The notes under the pieces are model-generated. The model was not told the DNA's origin. It did not search any database and worked only from the letters and a program-made list of their open reading frames with translations. This document shows, one piece after another, positions 14,801 through 29,300 of a stretch of 64,000 nt of DNA. Where the stretch lies: IMG/VR virus record IMGVR_UViG_3300031998_000017, positions 32,001-96,000 of that record, one strand, 5' to 3'. This DNA comes from a virus. Taxonomy: Duplodnaviria; Caudoviricetes. How positions within the stretch are numbered: position 1 is the first letter of the stretch; each line of letters starts with the position of its first letter. The position numbers and the translations under genes are program-made.

Positions 14801-17800
14801 ATGAACTCGTTATTATATAACTTATACATTAAAAGATACTTATCCTACAGAAGCAAATGTAAGTACTAAATATGCTTTAATTAGAAATGATAATTTAGCC
14901 AATGCTTTTGAAATTTGTGGATTAAAGTTAGAAAAAGGAAATATGGCATCTGAATGGTCTCCAGCACCAGAAGATGAAATTAAATCTTTGGATGTTGAAT
15001 ATTATTTATCTACATCTTCTACTTCAACAACTGGAGGTAGCTGGTCAACAACAGCACCTCAATGAGAAGATGGCAAATACATGTGGTCAAGACAAAAATT
15101 AACTTATGGGAATGGTTATATTGAATATAAAAATCAAACGTGCATAGCTGGAGCTAAAGGTAATGGTATTAGCACTGTAACTACTGAATATGCAGTAGAT
15201 GCATTAGCAGATGTAACTGTTACTGGAACAGATTTATCTTTTGTTTCAGAAGAAGATACAATAAAAAATTTAGTTATACAAGGAGACGCAGTTCAAGAGT
15301 CTTCTCAAGGCCTTAACTTATTAAAAAATACAAATGTAAACAGTGGAGATAATAATTATTGGGCAAATTATTCAACTTTTGATGAATTAAAAAGAACTTT
15401 AACAAGATCTACAACAGCAACGTCTGAACAATATATAGTTCATAAAATTAATGGTTTACAAAGCAATCATACATATACTTTAGTATTTGAAGCTTCTAAA
15501 AATAGTAATGTAGTTTCTGTAGAGGCATTTTGTTATAATAAAAATACTCAAGGAATTAAAAACAAACAATTCTCTGTAACAACTAACTTTCAACGTTTTG
15601 TATGAAGTTTTACTACTGATAGCGATATTGATTATAGCGATAATGCTACAATAAGATTCGACAATAATGGTTCTGCCTCAGCAGGACAAACAGCAACATT
15701 AACAGTAAGAAACGTAATGTTGTTAGATGGCACATATACAGCAGAAACTGCACCAGTATATCAAGATTATGGTATTACTCCATCTCCAGACTCTCCTCAA
15801 GTTATTAATAAAGTAACTGGAATTCAAAAAATTAAAAATATTGGTCACAATTGATTTGATATGAATATTTGGAACGATATGTCGATTGCCAATGGAACAA
15901 AAGAAATAAATGGAAATGCAATTACATTAAAGAATCCGCAAGGTGGAGACGTATATATGTCTGGAACTAATATTGGAGCAACATTCTATCCAGAGTCTAG
16001 TTGAAAATATATGTATGAAGTTCAACCAAATACTAAATACTATTTATCTTTTGATAAGACAAGCACTACTTTAACAGGTTCTCAATCTGATAGTAGTTAT
16101 CTTGCATTTATTGACAAAGACCACGTTTATATTCCGAATTTAGTTCCATTAACATCAGCTATTGGAGCAAGAACTAAAATAGAAGTAACAACACCTGCAA
16201 ATTGTAAATATATATCTATGAGATTTGGTGTTCGTATGTCAGTAGGTGAAATTACTTATTCAAATATTATGTTAACAGATATTAATACTGATAAATTTGA
16301 AGAATATAAGGAAATTACTGAAGAATTGAATTTTGGTAAAAATTTATATATTAGTTCTCAAGATTTTAGTGGAGATTGAGTAAATTCAGATAGCTGGGAA
16401 ACAGATTCTTCTACTTATAATGGATTAACGGTTAAAAAGAAAATCGGTACATGGAACGGTATTAGTAAAAATCTATATATTGAAAAAGGTTGTATATACA
16501 CTTTCTCATGCTACGTAAAAGCAGATCAAGCAAGAACTTGTAAATTATATACGGTAAACAGTGGAGACTATATAATTACTTCTCCTTATGATAAAGATTT
16601 AAGTGTAACAACTGATTGGCAAAGATTTTCATATACATTTACTTGTATTAAAAGTGGTTATATAAGACCAAGAATTGAAAACCCTACATCTATTAGTGGA
16701 AAATATACTTATATTTGTGGATATCAGTTAGAAAAATCTGACAAAATGACTGATTATGCGCCTTATTTCCCTCCTATTGAACTTTTAAAAACAGGAACTA
16801 TTAAAGATGAAATTAGACGCGGAACAGGTAAAAATTTATTTAATCAATATACATTAGTAATGAAAAATTATCCTGGAGCAGACTCAACAACAAGAGCTTG
16901 TAATTTACAACAACTATATTTAACACCAGGAACATATAAATTTTCTACTAATTTAGATTTAAATAACTTTGAATATAAAAATGATATTTTAGCAGCGCCG
17001 CCAACAACAGTAAGTACAGAGACTTATATTTATAATAGCGGATGAATAACTGCTAATAATTATACTATAACATTTAATCAAGGTGGTTTCTTTGCACTAT
17101 TGCTTAAGAAAAAGGATGGTAGTGATTTTGTGCTATCTGATTTAAATGATGTATATTTCCAATTAGAAAAAGGTAGTATTATTACTGAATATGAACCTTA
17201 TGGTTTTGCTAATAAATGATATAAATATGGATTAATTGGAAAAGATATATTTGATGGAACTAATTATGCTTTTGATGCATTAATAAAAACAGACAATTCT
17301 TCTTATATAGTTGTAAATAAATATGGCTCAAAATATAAAAAATTAGCAAGCAATAATGATTATGCGCCAATATCTGAAAAATTAAGAAAAGGCAGTATAT
17401 CTCAAACTTATAATGGTCAAGTTAATACAGTTGCGCAAGGTGGAAATGGTCAATATTTACAAGTGTGTTTGCCATATTCAATAGGTTCTACTCTTGAAGC
17501 TGTTAATACATGGCTTGAAACAAATACTTTGCCAGTTTATTATTTAGAAAATCGTCCAATTTGTACTTTATTAAATGATACTTTACAAAATCAATTAAAT
17601 TCTTTGAAAATTTTTGAAGATTATAATGATATTCATATTACTTCAAATGATTTACCAGGAATTTTAAATCTTACTTATACAAGAACAACAGAAACTCCTA
17701 CTGAGTGGCAATCTACAATGCCTTTAGATGTAAAACCTGGTCAATATTTATGGACTAGAGTTACAACAACTTATACAGATCCTAATATGAGTGATACTGT

Positions 17801-19421
17801 AACTTATTTATATACAAAAGTTCCTAAGCCTATTGATAATATTGAAGATAATCAAATAGAAATTGGTGGTCGTAACTTATTAAAATACACAGGATACGAA
17901 TCTCAATCTTTAGTTGGATACTCAAAACGAGGAGATGGAATTGTGCTTGAAATAGATTCAACAAGTACAGGTCAATTTCAAAATAATAATAGTTTAAAAA
18001 TTACATGTGGAGTGTCTTGTGTTAGTGGGTCTATTGATATTTGGCAGAAATGTTGAGGTGAATTACAAGTTAATAAACCTTTAAGATTATCATTCTTTAT
18101 TAAGGGTTCTACTGAATCGAATGCTTGATTTAGACTTGGTGGTGCTCAATCAGATGGAGAAATTCAAAAAGCGCCTGTTTCTACTTATTGACAAAAAATA
18201 GATTTAGATTTAGGTAAAGTTGTTAATGGCGGAATTGCAGGTCAAACGGAAGTTATTTATGGATTTGATTCTCCTGGTGTATATTATATTAATTCAATGA
18301 TGCTTGAATATGGTAATATTGTTAGTGATTGGTCCGCAGCTCCTGAAGATGATAAGGTTGCAACTATTATAGAATATATTACTACAACAACAAATCAATT
18401 ACCAGATATTGATTCTGAAGACTGAACTACGAATAGACCAACTGCAGGAGATTTATTTATATGACAAAGAACTGGAACTAAAGAGGTTAACGCACCTTCT
18501 ACTAGTTACAATACTCCAGTTTGTATCTATATGCCTGCAACAACATTATCTAGTATTGAATATTGTTTATGTACTTCTAATGTTTATGATGAGGCAAAAG
18601 TTATTCCTTATGATGATGAAGGAAATAAATGAAGAGCAACAGCATTTGAATGAAAAGATTCTTACGCTACTGGTCCAGATAATCCTACTTATAATGATGT
18701 AAAAGTAAATACTTATCAATTTATGAGAACTAAATATGAAGATAAATATGATACTGAAAAATCTATTACTCCATCTACACCAATCTTAGATAATAACTGA
18801 TTAACTTTTGGTAAAATGTCTTACTTAAAATCAGTAGAGGTAGATAGACTTAGTAAAATAACTTCTAATACAGTTATTCAACAAACTCAAACTGATGGTA
18901 TTTATTTCTATAACAGAGAAAATACATATCGTATTCATATTAATTCAGGAGGTATTAACTTTGGTAAGAAAGTTAATGGTAATTGAACTGAATTTAATGC
19001 TTGAAATATAGATGGTACGTTAAACACAGATTTAATTACTGTTACTACAATTAAAGCAAGTGATATTGAAAGTGGAAAATTATCATTAACAGATACTAAA
19101 TGGAAAAGTGCCGAAGGTGTCGAGGCAGCATTTATTTTAAATGGTCCAGTTGTTAATATGGTTAAAATAGACACTGATGGTGTTGAAGTCAATAACTTAA
19201 CTGGAGATAGTATTGTTTTAGGGACTTCTTCATATGGTGGAATTGCTGCTTATGTAAATGGAGATACAGAAAAAACTTCTCCATACTTCTCAACTAATCC
19301 AAATACAAAAACAACATCAATGGCTAAAGCTCAAATAACAAATGAGTTAATATTATTTGGAAAAGTAAAAGTAATAGAGACATCAAAAGGATTTTCTATG
19401 GTTAGAATGTCTAGTAATTAA
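8820..19421 (+). CDS. Giant tail/host-specificity protein (3533 aa in code 4)
   Basis: Single frame from ATG 8820 to TAA 19421 with more than 30 in-frame TGAs at Trp-type positions (LNG*DG, QPTPPYxxGDL*, APE*VDGKYMW). Contains tail-protein repeats, IGGRNLL carbohydrate-binding-like domains and one copy of the GKNL/EPY fibre module. Confidence 0.88.
14016..15152 (+). repeat. Internal coding repeats (about 14016-14200, 14250-14400 and 14970-15152)
   Basis: EYYLSTS...GGSWS..AP.W..GKYMWSRQKLTYG.G..EYKN.TCIAGA occurs twice with clear DNA similarity, plus a third diverged copy. Confidence 0.85.
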
Positions 19422-19438
19422 GGAGGTAAAAGGATTTT

Positions 19439-21553
19439 ATGGGAACTTTAACAACAGGTTGACAAGAAGTTGGCGTCGTAGCCTTAAGCGGTGTTAACGG
19501 CGCCTACTTAAAACTTTTTGCAAAATATAACTCACAAAGTATCGCTAATAATTCAAGTTCTATTTCTGTAGAATTAAGAATTTCGTGTGCTAGTGGAACT
19601 TATTTCCACTGCTATACTCATAGTGCAAGTTTCGGAGGTAGCTTTTCAAATTCTACTTCTGTAGGTAGTTATTATCATGGATGAGAAAGCGGCACTGTAA
19701 CAACAATTTTATCGGAAACTAAAGATATTGGACATGATGCAAATGGAAATTTAAATTTAAGCTTATCTGGAGCTTTTGATTGTAGTGTTGGGGTTAAAGG
19801 AAGTGTAGGTTTAAGTGAAACGTGGAGTTTACCTCAAATTGCAAGAGGTTTCTCTGCAAAACCTACTTTAACAATCACTTCTATTCAAGAGCAGCGAATA
19901 GATTTTAGATGAAATACTAGCGAAAATTGTAATCGAATTAGGCTTGGATATAAATTGCCTTCTGCAAGTACATTTAGTTGAGCAAGTGCTGTAACTATTG
20001 CCAATACAAAAACAGGCACTTCTTATGTTGAAACAGGATTAACTGCGGGAACTACGTATGATTTTTGTGTTGAATGTAGAAAATCAGATTCAAATTTGAC
20101 AATGAATAGTGAATCTCAACAGAAAACAATGTATTCTTATCCTTCAGTCACAGGAGTTGAAACAACATCAATTACATTACCAGTTCCAACTGGTCAATCA
20201 AGTCAGGTTGTTGCGCAAACTATTTATTTAAATAATCCTTTGAGTAGGACTGGAATAACTGTTTATGCAAAAACTGCTAATACCGCAGTAGAAAAAACTT
20301 GAACAGTGGATAATGTATCTGGGACTTCTACTGCAATAAATTTGGTAGTTAATGACTTATATACTTCATTAGGTAATGAAGGAAAAATAGGAAGTATTCA
20401 ATATTATTGTACTTATTCAGGTCACACAACAGCTGCACAAATAGGAGATTTTGCTACGGTTTCCGCAAACTGTTGCCCATCAACTACTGGTTCTTTATCT
20501 TATATAAATGATAGTTCAGACCACGTTACTTTATTAGGTAGTAATCAATATATTATTCAAGGAAAAAGTAAATTAAAAATTACAGGTCCTACATATGGAT
20601 TTAATGGTGGATTTGGAAGTATTGCTTATTATGAGTTTTCTTGGAATAATCAAAAACCTATTCAATCTGATTCTACTACAATTAATTATACTTCGGTTAG
20701 TGATGCAGGAGAAATACCAATTACAATGTGCGCAGTAGATAAACGTGGATATAAATCTGCACCATCTACAGCAACAGTTCATGTTCTTCCTTATCAAATT
20801 CCTTCTTTACAAGTAGTATGCACAAGAACTGGAGAATATGAAGATGCCACAGGAACTATTTCTTTAGTAGCAAAACGTTCCACATTAACAGTAAGTGGGA
20901 CTGAAAAGAATAAATGAATGGGTGATACTACTTCCAATAAAATTAAATATACAGTTTCACCAACTTCTTCAAGTTTAGTAAGTGGAGGCACGGTTAATAG
21001 CACTGCAGCATCATTTTCTACTGATATTGCGGTAACAGCATTAGATCCGCAATCTGTTTATACACTTACTTTTGATATAAGTGATTCAATTACTTCTAAT
21101 TTACAAGTAGTTGGAAGTTTTGAACAAGCAGAAAGTATATTCGATTGAAATATTGATGCTCCTGCTTTTGGTGTGGGCGCTATTGTTAATAAGAGTGGTG
21201 TTTTACCAGGATTTCATGGTCATGGTTTATATATAACGGATAGAACAGGGCAGAGTGATATTTCTCAAATTCAAACTACAAGTGTAGTATTGGGAAAAGC
21301 TGCTAGTACTGTAAGTATAGCTGGCTATGGAAACATGACAGCGCAAAAAGTTGAAGCAGTACCAATTTCAACTAAAACAGGTGCTACAATTACTAACACA
21401 AATAAAAATTTAAGTAATAAACTTTCATATGGAGAAACAGTTAATGGAGAGCTTTTTATTGGCGGACCTTTATCTGATGTAAAACAAGGTAAATTTTATT
21501 TATATAATGGAGAGGCTTATATACCTATAATATGGTATCATAAGAATAGTTAG
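19439..21553 (+). CDS. DUF859-like siphovirus minor structural protein (704 aa, code 4)
   Basis: AGGAGG RBS. N-terminus QSIANNSSSISVEL...IGHDANGN...LPQIAR, then Ig/FN3-like segments. Four track ORFs joined through TGA; ends at TAG. Confidence 0.75.
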
Positions 21554-21565
21554 GAGGAATAGTTC

Positions 21566-22921
21566 ATGGCAAGTAATTCAAAAACCGTTTATGCTTCAAA
21601 AGGTGGGTCATTTACCCTAAAAATAGAAGCAACTACTAGTAATAGTAGATTAGATAATGGAGTTCCAAAAACAGACGTTGCAATCACCGCAACTATTTCT
21701 GCTAATGGTTCAAGATTTAGCGGACAAACAACTCATTATTTGTATGTAGATTGGTATGATAATTACGGACGAACATCTTGAGAGAATTGAAAAGGTATTG
21801 GAGTTACTTCTTTATATGGAGAAGGATATGAGTCTGCTTCTACAACTGGTTCTGCTACAGTTACTCATAATGCTAGTGGTAATTTAACAGGTCATGCACG
21901 AGCTAGATGGGTAAATGGCGGAAATAGCTATGCTCCAGCTACTGCAGACATAGAAGTTTCTTTTGACCTTCCTCATATAGATGTTTATACTTATATTTAT
22001 TATGATGCAAATGGAGGAACTGGTGCGCCAGGAACACAGAATAAAAGTAAAAATGTTCCAATAACTTTATCAACAGCAACTCCTTCAAGAAGTAGCGTTT
22101 TAGCAGGGACAAGAACTATTACATACAATGCAAATAATGGAACATTAATTGGACCAAGTACAGATGCTGGATATAGTTATACAAGTTATACTTTTAGCAA
22201 ATGGCATACTACTGCTGCTGGTACTGGAGGTACAGATTATTCTCCAGGAGCAACATTTACATCCGATACAGATACAACCTTATATGCGCAATGGACATCT
22301 TCTACTTCAGCTTATAGCCCAGTTACATTGCCAAGTGCATTTAGGCAAGGATATACTTTATTAGGGTGGTCAACAAGTTCATCTGCTTCTGCTGCGGATT
22401 CAGGGAAAACTCCTGGGGCGCAATGGATTCCTGACCAAACAAGAACTTTATATGCAGTTTGACAGGTTCAAAGCGTAACTTTAAAAATTTGCCAAGAGTT
22501 ATATGATTTAATATATCCTGTTGGTTCGATATATTTAACCATTGCAAATGTAAATCCACAAACTTTGTTCGGTGGAACTTGAACTCAAGTTTGTCAGGGA
22601 CGAGCGCTATTTGGAGAAGGGTCTGTTAATACAGTATATAATGTAAATGGAACTTCAACAACTTATACCAATACTTATGCCGCAGATACTAACTACGCTG
22701 CTGGGTTACCTAATATTGTAGGTACTGGTCACTATGCAGATAACAATGGTGATTGGTCCGGCGCTTTATATAACGTAGGTAGCGCTAGTTACATAGGAGA
22801 TGGTTCTGCTAGTGGTACTCGTATAGGATTGGATGCTAACAGAAACAGAAGTATTTATGGAGCTTCTAACACTGTTCAGCCAAATGCTTATGCAGTTTAT
22901 GTTTGAAAAAGAACTGCTTAA
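21566..22921 (+). CDS. Structural protein with InlB-B/Flg_new-like repeats and C-terminal Gp10-like baseplate domain (451 aa, code 4)
   Basis: YDANGGTGAP...TLYAQW and GYTLLGWST...TLYAV* repeats; IYPVGSIYLTIANVNPQTLFGGT*...VQPNAYAVYV*KRTA followed by TAA. Confidence 0.8.
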
Positions 22922-22940
22922 TTTTGTAAACGAATAATAA

Positions 22941-22972
22941 AGGGTGAGTATAATTAAACTCACTCTTTTTTT
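22941..22972 (+). terminator. Intrinsic terminator
   Basis: AGGGTGAGT...ACTCACTCT followed by a T-tract. Confidence 0.75.
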
Positions 22973-22976
22973 ATTT

Positions 22977-22993
22977 GGGTAATTATATTTAAT
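22977..22993 (+). promoter_or_regulatory. Putative late promoter motif (copy 3)
   Basis: GGGTAATTATATTTAAT. Confidence 0.5.
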
Positions 22994-23036
22994 GAATTTT
23001 ATTAGATTTTAAAATAAGTAAAAGGAGGTATTATCC

Positions 23037-23384
23037 ATGTTTAAAATTAAAAATAATAATTTTCATGTAACTCGTGGAGATTATGGAAGTTTTAATATAA
23101 AATTTACTGATTATGTTTTTCATGTTGGAGACATACTAGAATTAAACATTTATAATGAAGATTGTATGAACACAGAACCAATCATGACAAAACAAGTAGA
23201 AGTAGATGTCGCAGGGGATACAGCTAATATGACATTATTAGGTAGTGATACTTGTCTTGGAACGCCTATCACTGAACGCGCGACTTATTGGTATGAAATC
23301 ACACTTAATGGCGACCAGACTCCATTCTGCTATGATGAAAACGGACCTAAATACTTCTATCTTTATCCAGGAGGTGTTGATTAA
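23037..23384 (+). CDS. Small beta-rich structural protein (BppU N-terminal-like adaptor)
   Basis: AAGGAGG RBS; HVTRGD...YWYEITL pattern; TAATG overlap with the next gene. Confidence 0.6.
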   Translation: MFKIKNNNFHVTRGDYGSFNIKFTDYVFHVGDILELNIYNEDCMNTEPIMTKQVEVDVAGDTANMTLLGSDTCLGTPITERATYWYEITLNGDQTPFCYDENGPKYFYLYPGGVD

Positions 23385-26300
23385 TGCGTAATGGAGAATT
23401 AATAGTAACAGAAGAATTAGTCGGCACTCTTAATTTGAATGAAATTTTAAATGGTGCGGTTGAAACAGCGATTAACCCAGACTATGCGTTAAAAGCCGAG
23501 GCTGCCGCCAAGATAGAATTACATATTAATAATGATGATTATAAAATGTATGCAGTTTTAAAAGATAAAAGTGGCAATGCTTTTTTCACATCTAATATTA
23601 TTGACTTACCTCTTGAATCAATGGTAGTAAATGGGAGATATGATGAAAATACTAAAAAATTAATTCTTACTCTTGACAATGGGAATGAAATAGAAATTCC
23701 ATTAGGAGCTTTAATAAGTGGATTACAAAATGAAATTACTCCTGAGAATATGCTAAGTAGTGATTTAGTTGATGACGTAAATCATACTCATAAATTTGTT
23801 ACTGCTGAAAACATATCTGATTGAGAAGAAACAAAAGACAGTGTTTTAGGAGAAGATATAATAAATAATGATGTTCAAAGTGATATATTATTTTTTAATG
23901 ACACTCAAGAAAATGCGCCATTACATTTAGACTTATATGGCAATGTAGACCAATATACTACAACAGGGAAGAATTTATTAAATTTTTCTTTACCTTTTAG
24001 TGTAAGTGGAGAACAAAACAAATTTATTACACCAGTGCCTCAATTAACAGTAGGACAAAATTATTATTTTGTAGGAAAATGTAGTGATGGAACAAAATTA
24101 AGTGCAAGTAATTGTGTATTTATATGGTATGACTCGTTAACTTCTCATGTAGTAAAACAAGTAAATGCAAACATTACATACACAGCAGAAGATTTAAGTA
24201 GTGCAAATAGTTTTTATATCTATTTAGGCAGTAATTTAGCAGGAAAGACAATAACAGAGTGTATGCTAGTAAAAGGAAATTATGATAGTTCAAATATTCC
24301 TGATTATGAGCCATATACAAATGGTATTTCACCAAATCCTTTATATCCACAAGATATTAATTCAGTCAGTGGAGATAATATTATAAAAATAGAAGGAAAA
24401 AATAGGTTTAATAATACTTTACCAGGTAATATAAAAACAGTTAATTGTACTGTTTCTTACGAAGATGGACAAATTGCTTTAACTGCTACTGGTGCAGATA
24501 TGAGATTTGGAGAAGTTGTAAATGCAGGTGCTGCATGGCAAGAGACTGATGGAGAGCTAATAGCTGTAAAACCTAGCACAAAATATTCTATAAAAATATC
24601 TAATAATACAATAAATAAAAATTTTATTACTTATTATAATAAAGATAGGATATCTATAGGAACAGGGAATCTATTTAATTCATTTGGAACGTTTACAACT
24701 TTAGCAGATGCAAAATATATTGGTTTAAGAATCGGTTATGGTAGTGCAATAACAGATACTAAATATAAATTTAATATAATGTTAGTAGAAGGAGAATATA
24801 CTTCTCAAACAATGCCTGAATATGAACTATATCAAGGAGAAAAATATCATATAGATTTACCTGTTGAAAATTTATTTGATTACTCACAAGTGCCTAGTAT
24901 TTCACAATATGAAAAAGGTGTAAAGCTAAATAAAACAAGTTATAGAACAGTTCATATTTTATTACCACAAGCGTTGAAACCAAATACGCAATATACAATA
25001 AGTGGAATAATAGATAGTAATACAGTAAATAATACAACAACATTAAGATATATAGCTTCATCAACAGGTACTGAAGTAAATATATATTCAATATCTTCAT
25101 TATCAACAGGAACGTTCACAAGTACTTTTACAACAAATACAGATGTTCCTGATAGTAGTGCGCAATTATATTTTTATATATCAAGTAGTGCAAATGAAAA
25201 TACTGAAATTAAAATAAATAATTTACAAATTGAAAAAGGCGATAACGCTAATCATTATACTCCTTATGGAATAACAGCTTTAAAAATGTTAAGTATAAAC
25301 AATTATAAAGATACTTTTATTAAAAATATCGGAAAAAATTTACTTACTCTTAATGCTTTATCAAATGAAACAAGAAACGGAGTAACAAAGACAATATCAG
25401 GAAGTAAAATATATTTAAACGGAACTACAACAGGAGGAAACGATATTGTATTAACTTCTGATTTAGGAATAAAATTATCAAAAGGAACTTATAGTTTTTC
25501 ATTATTTGCAAGTGGGACAATAACGCTTCCTAGTGGGAAAAATACAGTAGTAATTCTTAAAGATTTTAATGGCACTTCATTAGCTAGTGGAACTTTGGGT
25601 GCAATAAAATCAAAAGGAATTGCAGGTCAGGTCTTTTCTTTAAATGAAGATACTGAACTATATCTTCAAATATATTCAAATGGTTCTGGACAAATTTTTG
25701 ATTGTGATTTATATTGTCAAATTGAAGAGGGTTCTATATCTACTGTTTATGAGCCATATGGTAAAAATGAATGGTATGTAAAGAAAGCTTTTGAAAAAAT
25801 AATTATTAATTCAGCTACAAGTGAAAATGTTTCTGCTTCTTCTATGTCAGGAACAGAAAAAGAAGAAAAGTGGGCTTTTTCATATAAAACATTAAATCCA
25901 AATCAAAGTTTATATAATCAAATGCAATCAACATATGTAAACGTAAAAGCAAATAAATTTACTTTGGTTTCTCAAACTAGTGAATTAGATGTCAGCACAG
26001 GAACTTGTTTATCTACATATGGTCATGCAGATTGATTTGAATTAAGATTTAGAATTCCTACTGCAAAATATACAAAACAAGAAGCAATAGATTTTATCAA
26101 TGGGACAGAGGTTTATTATCCTTGTGCTCCTAAGTATATAAAGATAACTGATAAATTATTTGACCAATTAAATGCTTTGGAAAAAGCTGTCAGTTACAAA
26201 ACACAAACAAATATTTCTCAAATTAATAATGATTTACCTTTCTTATTAGAGGCACATGGCTATACTGATAATATGTCAGGTCGTGTAGCTGCATTAGAAG

Positions 26301-29300
26301 ATATTGCGCAAGACCAAAAAAATAATCTTTTAGATTTAATTACTAAATTTGGTTTTGATAAAGATGGACAAGATAAAATTAATTTTGCAGTTATTAAAGG
26401 AACTAGAAATGGACTTGCTTATGATGAGTTTTGATTATTGTCTAACGCTAGATATGATTACGAAACAGAATTATTTTATAGTTTAGACAAAACAAAAACT
26501 TCATTTGGTATCCAAATTCAAATGAATGGAACTTATCCAGGCGAAGAAATAATAGACCCCAATAATGCTGGAATTAACGTATGAAGACATGCAGCAAATA
26601 CAGCCGCATCATGAAATAGTTTTGGCGTAGTTAACGGTTGAATAAATCATCTTATGCTTGACAGCTATGGCGGTATTACTATTGGTGGTGCAGGTTTAGA
26701 AGTAGACGGCAATGGAATTACTCCATATACAAGATTAAGTTCATCTGCTTATACGGATGAAAATAATCAAACTTATTATCTATTAGGTTTATTAGATAAT
26801 GCTTATCATCCAACAACAAGCGGAACTTGGGGATTAGATACAAATAAAACATACTCTTGGTTCATGGGTCTTAGAACACCTGCAGCAACATCTGGAAACA
26901 TATCAAAAGATAATACAAAAACTGAATTTGTTATTATGTATAATGATACTCCTTATAATGCAAGCAATCCAAATCTTTTAGATAAAACTAAATGGCATGT
27001 ATTGTTTAATGTTAATCCGCAAGAAACTATTGAACAAACAGATATAATAAATATAAATTTAAATAATGTTACTCAATCACCTTTAAGCATTGACTTGAAA
27101 GGTAATAGTGAACAATATTCAGCTAGTAAAAATAAATTTACTTTAATGAATATACCTAATAATAGTGTTGTGGGTGTTAAAAGTGATATTGATAATAGTG
27201 TTGTAACTCTTCATGGAACTACTACTGGGTCTGGATATATTGTTGGTGGAGTTGCTAAAAGAGATTTAGGAATAGAGTTATTAGCAGGAACATATACTAT
27301 TTCTTATAAAATTAAAAGTGGAAGCTATACATTACCAAATTCTGGTGACGATGTGGCATTTTCTTTAAAGAAAAGTGACAATACTACAATTGTTTCTCCT
27401 AGAACATTAAGTTCTATGGTAAATATTGGAACGGTGTATACAAATACATTTACATTAACAGAAACAACTCATTTATATTATGACGTATATGCCAATAGAA
27501 CAAATATTGTATTTAGTAATTGCGTATTTGAAATTCAAATAGAACAAGGTTCTTCTGCTACTGCTTTTGAACAGTATGGAATTTTAACTATTACTACACC
27601 TCAAGACATTCATGTCGTAAAAGGTGATAATGCAATAATTGTAAGTGGAAAAAATTTATTTGATGGAAGATATACACAACAATATGTAGATACAGATGGA
27701 ACATTAGCAACTTCAACTAATACTGCTTTAACTGATTACATAGAAATTAATGGAAACTTAACCATAAGTGCCGCAAGAGATATGTATATAGCAGGAGTAG
27801 GATATTATGATAGTTCAAAGACATTTATATCAAGAGAACAAAAAACAGATAGGAATATTAAGAGTATATCTTATACAACACCAAACAATGTTAAATATGT
27901 AAGAGTATATGTAAATACAGGAATAACTAATTTCACTGATATAGATTTACAAAGTTTTTCAATACAAATAGAAAAAGGAGCAACCGCAACAGCTTATGAA
28001 CCTTATACATTAGAAAAATATACACTTAATTTACCTGTTGAGAATTTAGTTAACATAGAAGATTTCACTAGAGATACTGACCCAGCTAGTCATAGCGAAG
28101 GTCTTACTATTGTGACTTTAGACCCTGGATATTATACATTATCTTGAGACCAAGTAGATAGTATGGCTTCGAATGTAAGAAATACTCCAGAGGTTAAATT
28201 ACGCAATGGAACAGTTTACACACGTCAAACAGATGCGCCAAATATAAACTTAGAAAAAGGTCATTATTCATGAACATTCTGAATTGGTACAGCTGCTGAA
28301 TACGTAATTTGTTATTGAACTCATACTTTAAGTACAACATGTTCATATAAAAATTTCCAATTAGAAAAAGGAAAAATTGCAAATGCTTATAATCCTTATG
28401 GAACACCTGCTGTAGAAATGAGAAAAATTGAAGATTTCTATCAAGATAAAATTATTAAAGGTGTCGGAAAAAATTTATTTAATAAAGATAATGGTAATGA
28501 AAAAAAATATATAGGTATTAATACTGGAGAATTATCAAATGATAATCAAATGTTTACTTCTAATTTTATTAAAGTAGAACCAAATACTGTTTATGGTTAT
28601 TATACAATAGGTATGGGGTCTGCTGGAAAAATAAATATAGCATGTTATGATAAAGATTATAATTATTTAACTTATTCTCTTTCTAATTTAAATGGTTTTG
28701 CAAGCTTTACTACTCCTGCAAATTGTGAGTATGTAAGGTGTATATGTATGACACAATTTAAAGAAATTACTTATTTATATAAAGGAGAAACTGCTTTATC
28801 ATATTATGAACCATATGGCGCAAAAGATAAGTGATTAAAATATGGAGAAGTTGGAAAACTTGTTATGCCAGGCGCAAACGGAGGATGGTCTTTAAATCAA
28901 GAAAGCACATACGTAATTCAATACGTATCAAGTCATAATTTATTTAATCCACCTCCTATTGATAATACTCAAAAAATTAGATGTACTAATTTAAAATATA
29001 AAGCTGGTAATCCATCTAGTACAACTAACGAAGATTATATTTGGTGTTATGGAAGAGCTATGGTAGTAAACGTTAGAAAAACATTTGCTGCAGATTTGAC
29101 TGCATTTAAAGCTTTAATTGATGAAGTCAAACCAGTAGTTTATTATCCATGCGCAATACCTTATTGTGAATTTTTACCTGAGAGTGTAGAAAAACAATTA
29201 GATGCTATTAAAACTGCACGTATACATAGTGAAAAAACAATCCTTACTCAAACCAATGCAGATTTACCTTTCTTATTAGACATTAAAACATTTAGTAATA

